Assembly (NCBI GenBank): GCA_035530755.1
Contig: DATKUF010000036.1
Location: 14,354 to 78,353, forward strand
Direction of reading: 5' to 3'
DNA length: 64,000 nt
Source: Spirochaetia bacterium
GTDB lineage: Bacteria; Spirochaetota; Spirochaetia; DSM-27196; DATKUC01
Below the pieces are notes generated by a model. That model made no database searches. It saw only the letters and a program-made list of their open reading frames with translations, and was not told the DNA's origin. Of the stretch, positions 33,764-42,850 are shown piece by piece; position 1 is the first letter of the stretch; each line of letters begins with the position of its first letter. Position numbers and translations under genes: made by a program.

Positions 33764-35506
33764 TCAAAGCAGCTTCCGCCGACGGAGGCGGTCGGTGAGC
33801 TGTTCGAAGCTGATCCCGTATTGCGACGCAATATCGCTTGCGAAGCTCTTTCCCGCCGGTGCGCCTTTGCGGATGTGGAAAGTGCGAATTGCTGCTGCCG
33901 AATCGAGCCGCTCCTCGACGCCGGCGACCAGACTTCCCAGCCGGCTGCGTCCGTCCGTCGAATCGTTGAGCTCGGCAACCCGGTCGGCCAGCCCATGCAG
34001 ATGCGTAGCGAAGATGCCTCTCGCGCCGAGGACCGAGAGAGCGCGGACGATGTCTTCCGCGAGGTATTCACCCTCGCCTGGACTCGTGCTCGCGAGCGAT
34101 TCATTCAACAGAACCATGCTTCGCTCGGTTATGGTTTCGAAGATGGCGGCGAATCTCTGCGCCTCCTCTCCCAGGCGACCGGTCGCAAGCTGCCCCTTCT
34201 CCTCGGCCGGGAAGTGAGTGACGATCTCATCCGCGGGACTGAGCGTAGTGCTCTCGGCCGGCACGTAGAGTCCGCACTGTGCGAGAACCTGGAGAATGCC
34301 GATGCCCTGCGTGTAGGTAGTCTTTCCCCCCTGATTGGGGCCGGTAAGAATTTGAAGCCGTGCTTCGGAGTCGAGCTCCGCATCATTGAGAACGATGTGA
34401 TTTTTCACATTGCGGTTTGTCTCATCCCGGCCGACGTCGGCCGGGATCGTCTTCCCGGTCTTTTCCAGCAGCCGCGTTGCCAGAAGTAGGTTGTAGAAGT
34501 TCACAGCCCGAAGCTCCCGATCGCCGGGAGACAGAATGCCGGGTTTACACAACGGCAGTCCGGCCGACGCAAGTTCTTTGAAAAGGCTCGCTGCTCCGAG
34601 AAAGAATGCGACGTCGGCCTGCAGGCGTCTCAGAATCGACGTGTTCACCATGAGGTACTTGTTGAGAACATGCACCATCGGTCGCACAGTAGCTCCGAGG
34701 AGCTGCTCGAGATCCTGAAAAAGCGGTGAAAGGGGAAACTTACGATGCGGTTCCCGCGCGTAGGACTCCGGCACGGGGGAACTGTGCATCGGAGCGGAGG
34801 TCACAAACTCGTCGTCACGCCCCACGCCGAAGATTCGAGGAAGCATCGCCTGCTCGCGAAAAGTGAACTCATTTATCGAAAGAAGGGTCGCCTCGACGGG
34901 TCGGAGTCTTTCGTCGAGATTGACGCCGATCGTGACGCTCTGCTTCTTTCGGAGGCCGGCACGAAGCTTCGGGAGCTCATCGCGCATGTTGCTGAACTTT
35001 GGTGACGAGGTGGTCGCCTCGATGTAACTGCGAAAAAGTGTCAGTCCGACGGACCTGATCTCCTCCGTCGCCCTGGAGAACCCGGCCGCAAGAGTCTCGA
35101 TGCAGTCGACGTACAGCTCGAGCTCTCCCAGCCTCCATATCGTCTCCTGCAGCGGCGAACGCGAATCCTTTCGGGTCTCGGCGAACAGCGATATCTCTTC
35201 AATTTTCGGAATGACCGAGGCGAACGCGTCGAACATCGTTTGGGACCGGTAGAAGTCCGAGAAGATATCCTGTCGGTATCGGATTACGTCGGAGTCGATT
35301 GCGGGAGAAGACAGGATCTCGAGCACGCGGGCCGGTTGTACTCCGTTTCGGCTGAGACGGATCGAAAGCTCGGTAAGGCCAAGGTCGCGTACCGTCTCGC
35401 CCGCAAGCGGGCGAAGAGCATCTTCCGGGTTCGAATCGGGCGGGAAGAGGAGACTGCCGCGAAAATCGTTCAGTTCCACACGATAGAATACTGAGCGCCC
35501 GCTCAA
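33764..35506 (-). CDS. MutS-family ATPase paralog (domain V only; no Smr or mismatch-recognition motif seen)
   Basis: Walker A LTGPNQGGKTTYTQGIGILQVLAQCGLYVPA, Walker B MVLLNESLASTSPGEG, and FATHLHGLA. 580 aa. Confidence 0.75.
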   Translation of the reverse strand: MSGRSVFYRVELNDFRGSLLFPPDSNPEDALRPLAGETVRDLGLTELSIRLSRNGVQPARVLEILSSPAIDSDVIRYRQDIFSDFYRSQTMFDAFASVIPKIEEISLFAETRKDSRSPLQETIWRLGELELYVDCIETLAAGFSRATEEIRSVGLTLFRSYIEATTSSPKFSNMRDELPKLRAGLRKKQSVTIGVNLDERLRPVEATLLSINEFTFREQAMLPRIFGVGRDDEFVTSAPMHSSPVPESYAREPHRKFPLSPLFQDLEQLLGATVRPMVHVLNKYLMVNTSILRRLQADVAFFLGAASLFKELASAGLPLCKPGILSPGDRELRAVNFYNLLLATRLLEKTGKTIPADVGRDETNRNVKNHIVLNDAELDSEARLQILTGPNQGGKTTYTQGIGILQVLAQCGLYVPAESTTLSPADEIVTHFPAEEKGQLATGRLGEEAQRFAAIFETITERSMVLLNESLASTSPGEGEYLAEDIVRALSVLGARGIFATHLHGLADRVAELNDSTDGRSRLGSLVAGVEERLDSAAAIRTFHIRKGAPAGKSFASDIASQYGISFEQLTDRLRRRKLL

Positions 35507-35610
35507 CTGTCAAAAATGGCGTTCGGCCCTGCGGACCTGGCACGCTACCGTGAATCCGGTGGGCCGTTCCTGCAGCCTGCTTGCGGTGCCTCACAGATTC
35601 CGGCCGCGGG

Positions 35611-35639
35611 TTGACAGCAGTTTAGCTTCCGCTGATAAT
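35611..35639 (+). promoter_or_regulatory. Near-consensus sigma70 promoter for tRNA-Val
   Basis: TTGACA (35611-35616), a 17-nt spacer, then GATAAT (35634-39), about 22 nt upstream of the tRNA 5' end. Confidence 0.45.
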
Positions 35640-35661
35640 ATGGCCATTCGGTGGCTTTCGC

Positions 35662-35733
35662 GGGCGATTAACTCAGCGGGAGAGTGCTTCCCTCACACGG
35701 AAGAAGTCAGCAGTTCAAATCTGCTATCGCCCA
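35662..35733 (+). tRNA. tRNA-Val (anticodon CAC)
   Basis: Hand-folded cloverleaf of 72 nt. Acceptor GGGCGAT/ATCGCCC; D-arm ACTC-AGCGGGA-GAGT; anticodon arm CTTCC-CTCACAC-GGAAG; variable AAGTC; T-arm AGCAG-TTCAAAT-CTGCT; discriminator A. CCA is not encoded. Confidence 0.9.
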
Positions 35734-35897
35734 CAAAGGCCACCGGCCGAGCACCCGCCTGAACGCGTCTTCGGTTCCCGTAACTGTTACTCACACAGAT
35801 ACTTACTTCCGCTCTATATCCAATCTTCGTCACAGCAATTATAGTTGAATCCGCAGGGGCTGTCGGTTTGATGCGCAGTTCCGGGGGAGGCCGAAAC

Positions 35898-36728
35898 ATG
35901 ACCGGGAAGAGACCTTTTTCGGACAGAGTTGTCGTGATCACCGGCTCGAGCCGCGGGATCGGGCGGGAGACGGCAATCGCTTTCGGTCGCGCCGGTGCGC
36001 GGGTAGTGATCAACGGTCGGGATGCCGAGCGACTCGAGAAGACCGCTGCACAGCTGCGCGCTGAAGGAATAGAGGTCGAAGCCGTCGCCGCAGACATTGC
36101 GCGGGGCTCCGACGCGGCCAGACTCATCAGCGCGGCAAAGGCGCGGTTCGGACATATCGATGTGCTCGTGAACAACGCGGGCGTCTCGATGCGCGGCCTG
36201 TTCTCCGAGCTTGTACCCGAGGTCGTAGAAACCGTCGTGCGGACCAACATCACCGGTGCCGTAGTGCCGACCGTGGCGGCGATGAACGAGCTGCGCGAGC
36301 GTCGCGGGAGCATCATCTTTGTTTCCAGTCTTGCCGGTGTGCATGGCTTTCCAAATGTTTCGATCTACTCCGCCGCGAAGATGGCGCTCACCGGTCTTGC
36401 TCAGTCTCTCGACGCGGAGCTCGCAGGAAGCGGAGTTCACGTCGGGCTGATCTTTCTCGGCTTCACGGAAAATGACCCTGACAAGAGCATTCTTGCGGCC
36501 GACGGTCGCGAGATCATAGTAAAGCGCCGTCACCAGATGAGTCAGTCGCAAGCCGCGCAGGAGATAGTGAAGCTGACGGTCCGCAGGCGGCGGCAGCGGG
36601 TGCTTACGCCTCCCGGCCGTCTCCTCTATCTCGCCGCTCACGTTGCGCCCGTACTCGTCCGCGCCGTTCTGCGGAGATCCGGAGGACGAATCCATGCGGG
36701 AACCTCGGCCCGGGAAGCGAATAGATGA
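35898..36728 (+). CDS. Short-chain dehydrogenase/reductase (classical SDR)
   Basis: Start moved to ATG 35898 after a GGGGGAGG Shine-Dalgarno sequence. VVVITGSSRGIGRETA (TGxxxGIG), NNAG, and the catalytic SIYSAAKMAL (YxxxK). Confidence 0.85.
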   Translation: MTGKRPFSDRVVVITGSSRGIGRETAIAFGRAGARVVINGRDAERLEKTAAQLRAEGIEVEAVAADIARGSDAARLISAAKARFGHIDVLVNNAGVSMRGLFSELVPEVVETVVRTNITGAVVPTVAAMNELRERRGSIIFVSSLAGVHGFPNVSIYSAAKMALTGLAQSLDAELAGSGVHVGLIFLGFTENDPDKSILAADGREIIVKRRHQMSQSQAAQEIVKLTVRRRRQRVLTPPGRLLYLAAHVAPVLVRAVLRRSGGRIHAGTSAREANR

Positions 36729-38245
36729 TCGACCTTGACCGGTGGATGAACGAGAGGACGTTTCATCACTCCCAGTTCAGCGACATCCGCGAGCTCGTGG
36801 CCCGAAAAAGGGCGCAGGGGCTCACCATAAGTCTCTGTTTTCCTGCGCTGAACGAAGAGCGGACGATTGGCCGCGAAATTCGTATCCTGCGTCGTGAGCT
36901 CATGGAGCGCTATCCGCTTCTCGACGAAATCGGCGTGGTGGACAGCGGGAGCACCGACAGGACTCGCGAGGTAAGTGAGCGCGCCGGAGCCTCGTTTCAT
37001 CTCGCTGCGGATTGTCTGCCCTCGCTCGGCTCCCGTCGGGGCAAGGGCGAGAACCTCTGGAAAAGTCTCTACCTTTTCTCGGGCGACATCATTGTCTGGA
37101 TCGACTCGGACATCCGCAATATCCATCCGAAGTTCGTCTACGGGCTGCTGGGCCCGCTCCTGCATGATCCGGCGATCGGCTACGTGAAAGCGTTCTACCG
37201 CCGGCCAATTCGCATTGGACGGCGCACCTTCCCGGGAGGCGGCCGGGTAACCGAGCTGCTCGTCCGGCCATTTCTCAACATGTTCTATCCGGATCTTTCG
37301 CTGTTCGCGCAGCCGCTTTCGGGTGAATACGCGGGCAGACGGCAGCTGCTCGAGCAAATGCCGTTCTTCAGCGGGTACGGCGTAGAGATCGGGCTGCTCA
37401 TCGACCTCGAACAGCGATTCGGAATTGGCGCCATCGCACAGGTGGATGTCGATGAGCGAATCCACCGAAACCAGAATCTGGAAAGCCTCCGGCGGATGTC
37501 CTACGTGATTCTTTCGGTGATGATCGAGCGCTCAGAACAGCTGGGCAAACTGGCGTTGCTCGAAAGTCTCGGTCACCGGCTTCACCTCCTTCAGCGCGAG
37601 GGGGCACACTATCTGCACGCAACCGAGGAAGTCCGCGGCACCGAACGCCCCCCGATGATTACCGTGAGCGAGTATCAGCGGAAACGGGGGATTGCCGATG
37701 ACGACCGGACGCTCATCGAGGGATTCATCGGCCAAAAACGGCAGGTGATGCCGCCGATCATCGCACATATCGACGACGCGATCGTCGTAATGGATATGTC
37801 GTCGAAAACGGCAGCCGAATCATTCCGTGAGCTTGTCGAACGGATTCCGTCTGATCGGTGCCCGGTAGGCGCGCAAGAGCTGGTGACCGGTCTCATCGAT
37901 CGGGAACATAGAATGAACACCGGTCTCGGGCAGGGTGTTGCTATCCCCCATTTCGTGTCGCCACGACTGCGGGCGTTGCAGCTTATAATTGGAAGATCAG
38001 CCGCCGGGATCGACTTTGGCGCCGTCGACCAGGAGCCGGTTCGTCTCGTTGTGATGCTGCTCGCCCCGGAAAACCAGCGTGACCGTTATCTGAATGTGCT
38101 TGCCGCGATCGCCCGACTACTCCAGGAACCGGGAGCCCTGGCGCGTCTGGCCGAAGCAGAGACACCCGATAGCCTTTTGACGGTGCTCAAGAAGTACGAG
38201 GCTCTGATCAGGCTCCGGCAGGAACTCGAGCCGACCGCCGGCTGA
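36725..38245 (+). CDS. Glucosyl-3-phosphoglycerate synthase-like GT-A glycosyltransferase fused to a C-terminal PTS EIIA(Ntr/Fru)-type domain
   Basis: N-terminal ~330 aa: ISLCFPALNEERTIGREI, VVDSGSTDRT, RRGKGENLWKSLY and the DxD motif in VWIDSDI. C-terminal ~150 aa: GLGQGVAIPHFVSP (conserved His) and PVRLVVMLLAPENQRDRYLNVLAAIARLL. The ATG overlaps the SDR stop (ATGA). Confidence 0.7.
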   Translation: MIDLDRWMNERTFHHSQFSDIRELVARKRAQGLTISLCFPALNEERTIGREIRILRRELMERYPLLDEIGVVDSGSTDRTREVSERAGASFHLAADCLPSLGSRRGKGENLWKSLYLFSGDIIVWIDSDIRNIHPKFVYGLLGPLLHDPAIGYVKAFYRRPIRIGRRTFPGGGRVTELLVRPFLNMFYPDLSLFAQPLSGEYAGRRQLLEQMPFFSGYGVEIGLLIDLEQRFGIGAIAQVDVDERIHRNQNLESLRRMSYVILSVMIERSEQLGKLALLESLGHRLHLLQREGAHYLHATEEVRGTERPPMITVSEYQRKRGIADDDRTLIEGFIGQKRQVMPPIIAHIDDAIVVMDMSSKTAAESFRELVERIPSDRCPVGAQELVTGLIDREHRMNTGLGQGVAIPHFVSPRLRALQLIIGRSAAGIDFGAVDQEPVRLVVMLLAPENQRDRYLNVLAAIARLLQEPGALARLAEAETPDSLLTVLKKYEALIRLRQELEPTAG

Positions 38246-38317
38246 GGGGCCGGCTCGACAACCGCAGAAGGAGTTTCATACTGTGTTATACTTCTACCGT
38301 TTAGTGGCGTAACAAGA

Positions 38318-39919
38318 ATGTACACGTTTCTCATCATCGACGACGAACCCATTGTTCGCGAAGGAATTTCAGAAAACATCGACTGGCTCGCTCACGGTTT
38401 CCGCCTCGTCGGCGCATGTCGGGACGGTCGGGAAGGAATTCGAGCAATAGAAGATCTTCGACCGGATGTCGTTCTCACCGACATCTGCATGCCATTCGTT
38501 GACGGTCTCGAGCTGGCGGGGTTCATCGCCGACCGGTATCCTGAAACCAAAACGATTCTTCTGACTGGTTTCGATGAGTTCGAATATGCGCAGGAGGCAG
38601 TCAGGCTCAAGGTCAACGATCTCCTGCTCAAACCGATCACCGCTGATGAGCTTCGCACGAAACTGGACCGGCTCCGTGCCGAGCTCGATGAGGAGCGTCG
38701 CAGACAGCGGGATCTCGCCAGGCTTCGGGAGCAGAACCAGGAGAGTCTCCCGCTTCTGCGTGAACGTTTTCTCAAAAGGCTTGTTCTGGGAGAACTGGAC
38801 GAAGCCGAAGCGGCGCGCAGATGTGCGACCCTCGAAATCGATCTGCCGGGGCCATTCTTCAACCTGCTTATCATCGATCCGGACCGGGTCGACCCCGATG
38901 ACGACATGCGAAGCCTCGCGATTCAGAATGTCGTGGACGGAGTGATGCGCAATCGCGCCGGTGCAATGTCTTTTTCGACCGAAAGGGAACATGTCGTTGT
39001 TCTGCTTTCAGCGGCGGATGGACGTTGCGCGGTCGATCTGGCGCTCGAGACCGCGGAGGAGCTGTCGGAGCGCGTGAGAAGAACGCTTGGGACCACGGTT
39101 TCGATCGGAGTCGGATCGCCCGTGACCCTTATCGCGCACATCGACGAATCCTACCGCGGAGCCCGTGCGGCGCTCGGACAGCGGCTTGTGCTCGGGCCGC
39201 ACCAGATAGTAATTGCCGAACAGATACCGGACGACGTCGGCGAGCAGGTACCTCACGCCGAGCAGCAGGCCCGGGGGAGGGTGATACGCGAGTTCAGGGC
39301 CGGAACGGCCGTACAAACGGAGTCGGCCGTACGAGATTTCGTGGCGCTGTACCGATCGACCGGCCGCAGCGTGGAGGCGTGCTACGTCGGAATGCTGCGA
39401 CTCCTTGCGGACCTGCTGTCCGCGTTCGAATCGCTCGGAGTTCAATACTCTCAGATTCCGGAGACTGCCGACGATCCATTTGGAGAACTCGCGGGACTGA
39501 AGACGCTCGAGGCCATCGAGCAATGGTTTCGCGATCTGCAGCGAAAGGCGCGCGCAGTGATTGCCGAACGGCAGAACCGGCAATCGGTGGCGAAGGCTCT
39601 TGAAGCCGAAGACTACATCGCGGCGCATTTTGCCGAACCCGGTTTGTCGCTCACACGCCTGTGCCGCGCCATCTCGATAAGCAAGAGCTACCTCAGTACC
39701 GTATTCAAGGGTCACACGGGCATGACCTTCGTGGAGTACCTGACGAATATCCGCATGGAACGCGCGCGTGAGCTGCTCGGCTCAAGCAACCTCAAAAGCT
39801 ACGAGGTCGCAGAACAGGTCGGCTTCACCGACGCGCACTATTTCAGCCTCACCTTCCGAAAGCAGACCGGAATAAGTCCGACCGAGTACCGCGACTCGGT
39901 TCGGGGAGTGGCGCAGTGA
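38318..39919 (+). CDS. Response regulator with AraC-type HTH output (YesN-like)
   Basis: REC domain: MYTFLIIDDEPIVREG, DVVLTDICMPFVDGLEL, LLLKPI. C-terminal AraC HTH: LSLTRLCRAISISKSYLSTVFK, GFTDAHYFSLTFRKQTGISPTEYR. Confidence 0.9.
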   Translation: MYTFLIIDDEPIVREGISENIDWLAHGFRLVGACRDGREGIRAIEDLRPDVVLTDICMPFVDGLELAGFIADRYPETKTILLTGFDEFEYAQEAVRLKVNDLLLKPITADELRTKLDRLRAELDEERRRQRDLARLREQNQESLPLLRERFLKRLVLGELDEAEAARRCATLEIDLPGPFFNLLIIDPDRVDPDDDMRSLAIQNVVDGVMRNRAGAMSFSTEREHVVVLLSAADGRCAVDLALETAEELSERVRRTLGTTVSIGVGSPVTLIAHIDESYRGARAALGQRLVLGPHQIVIAEQIPDDVGEQVPHAEQQARGRVIREFRAGTAVQTESAVRDFVALYRSTGRSVEACYVGMLRLLADLLSAFESLGVQYSQIPETADDPFGELAGLKTLEAIEQWFRDLQRKARAVIAERQNRQSVAKALEAEDYIAAHFAEPGLSLTRLCRAISISKSYLSTVFKGHTGMTFVEYLTNIRMERARELLGSSNLKSYEVAEQVGFTDAHYFSLTFRKQTGISPTEYRDSVRGVAQ

Positions 39920-41763
39920 TCGATAGTCGGCATCGCAGTATTCAGACGACTATCGCGCTCGCATTCGGAGCGCTGGTTCTTGCGATGGTCATCATCATGG
40001 CATTCTTGTCATACACCTTCACCCAGGATGCGGTGGAGCAGACGTCACGGGACTACACGCAACTTCTTGTTGCGCAGATACAGACCAACATTGACTCCTA
40101 CGTCACTCATATGGAGAACATCGCCGAAGTCGTTCACCTGAACGAACAGGTGCAGAGTTATCTCAGCTCGGCCGGCAGACTTTCGCAGTCGGAAGAGCAA
40201 CGGTACCAGGAACGAATCTCCGGTTTTCTCAGCTCCATCGCACATACCCGAAACGACATATCGCTCATCCTGATCGTGGATACCCGCGGGCAGGTCATCA
40301 CCCAGGACGCGAGAATCCGATTACGCAGCTCCGTCACGCTGGAAAACGAGGCGTGGTTCAATCGGGCGTGGGAGGCGGCCGGGAAGCCGGTCATTTCTTC
40401 GCCTCATGTGCAGAACATTGTGGAAGGAGTGTACCGCTGGGTGATTACGCTCAGCCGGACCATCAACGACGTGCACACCGGTCGGCGACTCGGGGTGCTG
40501 CTTGTCGATCTGAACTTCTCGGTCATCAACAACCTGGTCAACGACATCAGCCTCGGGAAGAAAGGTTATCTGTTCATCGTGGACCCCGAAGGCGGTATCG
40601 TGTATCACCCGCGTCAGGAGCTGCTGTACAGCGACCTCGAACGCGAGCATATCAACAGGGTACTCGAAGCAGGCGTCGGTTCGTTTTCCGTAAACGACGC
40701 AAGAGGCGATCGCATATATTCCGTGGACGTCTCGAAAGAGACCGGATGGCGCACCGTCGGCGTCAACTACGTATCCGATCTGGTCCGCAACCGCCCCACC
40801 ATCCAGCGCTACTACTTTTACTGGACGCTCGTGTGTGTGGCCGCCGCAATCTTTGTGGCCGCGATCATCTCCTACAGGCTCTCACGTCCGATCACGCGCC
40901 TGCGCAAGTCGATGCAGGCGGTGGAACAGGGCAATTTCGATGTTTCGGCGGAGGTTACCGGCAGCAACGAGATTGGAGCGCTCGCGCGCGACTTCAACAT
41001 CATGATTACGCAGATCAAAGAGCTCATGCTGCGCAACGCGGCAGAACAGGAACAGAAACGCAAGAGCGAGCTTCTGGCGCTGCAGAACCAGATCACGCCG
41101 CACTTTCTCTACAACACGCTGGATTCGGTGATATGGATGGCCGAGGGACGCCAGTATTCCAACGTGATTACCACTATTTCGGCGCTCGCGCGCCTGTTGC
41201 GCCTGTCGATCAGCCGCGGCGACGAGCTGATAAGCATTCATGACGAGATCGAGCACATCAAGAGCTACCTGACGATACAGAAGCTCCGCTACAAAGACAA
41301 ACTGGATTTCGCGATCGATGTCGACAGCGCGCTTATGCCGTTGAAGACGCCGAAGGTCATTCTCCAACCGCTCGTCGAAAATGCGATCTATCACGGCATC
41401 AAGAACAAGGAGGGTACGGGCCAGATTGTCATTACCGGACGCCGGATTCGAAATGTGGTGGATATTCTGGTGACCGATGACGGGGTTGGAATGAGCGAAG
41501 AGAAGCGCCGCGAGATACTGCACAGCCACACAGACGAAATCGACGATTCCGTCTCGGCGAAATCCGCAGGCGGAAACGGCGCGAAACCGTCCCCGGTGCC
41601 GAAAGGCCGGGCAACACGCGTGGGTGTTCTAAACGTCCACGAACGAATCCAGCTCTATTTCGGCCCCGAATACGGTCTCACGTTCCAGAGCAACAACGGT
41701 TGCGGGACAGTCGTGCACGTACGACTTCCGGTTGTGGAGGACGATGATACACACGATGCGTAG
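39916..41763 (+). CDS. Sensor histidine kinase (YesM-like: Cache/dCache, HAMP, His_kinase, HATPase_c)
   Basis: Two TM segments flank a periplasmic domain. HAMP (RPITRLRKSMQAVEQGNFD), phospho-His box QNQITPHFLYNTLDSV, N-box PKVILQPLVENAIYHG, and DDGVGM. GTG start overlaps the regulator stop. Confidence 0.9.
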   Translation: MIDSRHRSIQTTIALAFGALVLAMVIIMAFLSYTFTQDAVEQTSRDYTQLLVAQIQTNIDSYVTHMENIAEVVHLNEQVQSYLSSAGRLSQSEEQRYQERISGFLSSIAHTRNDISLILIVDTRGQVITQDARIRLRSSVTLENEAWFNRAWEAAGKPVISSPHVQNIVEGVYRWVITLSRTINDVHTGRRLGVLLVDLNFSVINNLVNDISLGKKGYLFIVDPEGGIVYHPRQELLYSDLEREHINRVLEAGVGSFSVNDARGDRIYSVDVSKETGWRTVGVNYVSDLVRNRPTIQRYYFYWTLVCVAAAIFVAAIISYRLSRPITRLRKSMQAVEQGNFDVSAEVTGSNEIGALARDFNIMITQIKELMLRNAAEQEQKRKSELLALQNQITPHFLYNTLDSVIWMAEGRQYSNVITTISALARLLRLSISRGDELISIHDEIEHIKSYLTIQKLRYKDKLDFAIDVDSALMPLKTPKVILQPLVENAIYHGIKNKEGTGQIVITGRRIRNVVDILVTDDGVGMSEEKRREILHSHTDEIDDSVSAKSAGGNGAKPSPVPKGRATRVGVLNVHERIQLYFGPEYGLTFQSNNGCGTVVHVRLPVVEDDDTHDA

Positions 41764-42751
41764 AGTATGGAAAATCTGGATACCAATTCTCCTCCTCGTC
41801 GTCGTCGCGGTTGTTCTCAGTCAGACACGGTTCGTCCGACTCATCAACCGGCACGCGCACGAGTCGGTGTATGTCGTGCTGAAAGCCACTGGCCAAAGCA
41901 TGGAATTCTGGCAGATCGTGCGCGCCGGTATCCAGGTGGCTGCCACCGAGTACGACATCGAGCCGAAAATCGTTGGCCCGGAGTGGGAGAAAGACGTCGA
42001 CAAGCAGATCGAAATCCTCGGCCAGGTCATCAAGAAGAAGCCGGACGCGATACTGCTCGCCGCCTCCGATTACAAGCGTCTGGTACCCCTCGCGGAGAAA
42101 GCGGTCAAGGAGGGCATCACGATTGTTACGCTCGACTCGGCGCTCGACAGCGACGCGCCGGTTAGCTTCGTGGCCACCGACAACGTTGCTGCCGGCCGCA
42201 AAGCGGGGGCCGAGATAGCGGGCCTCGTGCCACATGGCCGTCCGATAGCAATCATCTCCCACATCCGGGGAGTCGCGACAGCGATCGACCGCGAGAAAGG
42301 TGTCCGCGACGCATTGAGCGATGCCGGACGGTCTGCGCCGGTCGGAACCTTCTACAGCGAGAACGACTTCGATATCGCATATCGCGAGACGAAGAAACTT
42401 CTCGCCGAGTATCCGAATCTCGGTGGTATCGTCGCGCTGAACGAAAACTCCGCGATCGGCACAGGCAGGGCACTCCGCGACGCCGGTGCGGCCGGGCGGG
42501 TGAAGCTCGTGGGATTCGACAATTCGCAGGAAGAGATCGAATTTCTCGAGGACGGGGTAGTCCAGGCTCTTATCGTGCAGAAGCCGTTCAACATGGGGTA
42601 TCTCGGAATACGAACGGTGGTGCAGGCCCTGCGCGGCGAAAAGGTTCCTCGAGTCATCCATACCGAATCGGTACTGGTCCGAAAAGAGGACATGTTCACA
42701 CCGGAAAACCAGAAACTGCTTTTCCCCATTCTTCGAGACCGGCAGGAGTAG
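41744..42751 (+). CDS. Membrane-anchored periplasmic sugar-binding protein (type I PBP), probable co-sensor for the YesM/YesN pair
   Basis: N-terminal anchor RRVWKIWIPILLLVVVAVVL, then a PBP1 fold: YVVLKATGQSMEFWQIVRAG, KPDAILLAASD, ITIVTLDS, GIVALNENSAIGTGRAL, VKLVGFDNS. Start is ambiguous (41744 or 41756). Confidence 0.8.
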   Translation: MIHTMRRVWKIWIPILLLVVVAVVLSQTRFVRLINRHAHESVYVVLKATGQSMEFWQIVRAGIQVAATEYDIEPKIVGPEWEKDVDKQIEILGQVIKKKPDAILLAASDYKRLVPLAEKAVKEGITIVTLDSALDSDAPVSFVATDNVAAGRKAGAEIAGLVPHGRPIAIISHIRGVATAIDREKGVRDALSDAGRSAPVGTFYSENDFDIAYRETKKLLAEYPNLGGIVALNENSAIGTGRALRDAGAAGRVKLVGFDNSQEEIEFLEDGVVQALIVQKPFNMGYLGIRTVVQALRGEKVPRVIHTESVLVRKEDMFTPENQKLLFPILRDRQE

Positions 42752-42850
42752 GCGGATTCCGTACGATTGCGACCAATCCGTGGAATATTCTCCATTTACC
42801 GCTGGTACAAAGCATGCGAAGCTCTATGGAGAGCGTAAGGAGTCGCGTCA

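Noticed and set aside
35693-36695. Long minus-strand ORFs (207 aa and 293 aa) overlapping the SDR gene.
   Set aside because: These are antisense shadow ORFs typical of GC-rich DNA, with Arg/Ala/Ser/Pro-rich low-complexity translations and no motifs. The plus-strand SDR has the TGxxxGIG and YxxxK motifs.
35662-38300. tRNA-Val as a possible integration site, with the downstream SDR/GpgS-EIIA genes as a genomic island.
   Set aside because: No integrase, no phage or transposon genes, and no obvious direct repeat of the tRNA 3' end were seen downstream. Composition looks the same as the flanks. There is no support for an island from this window alone.
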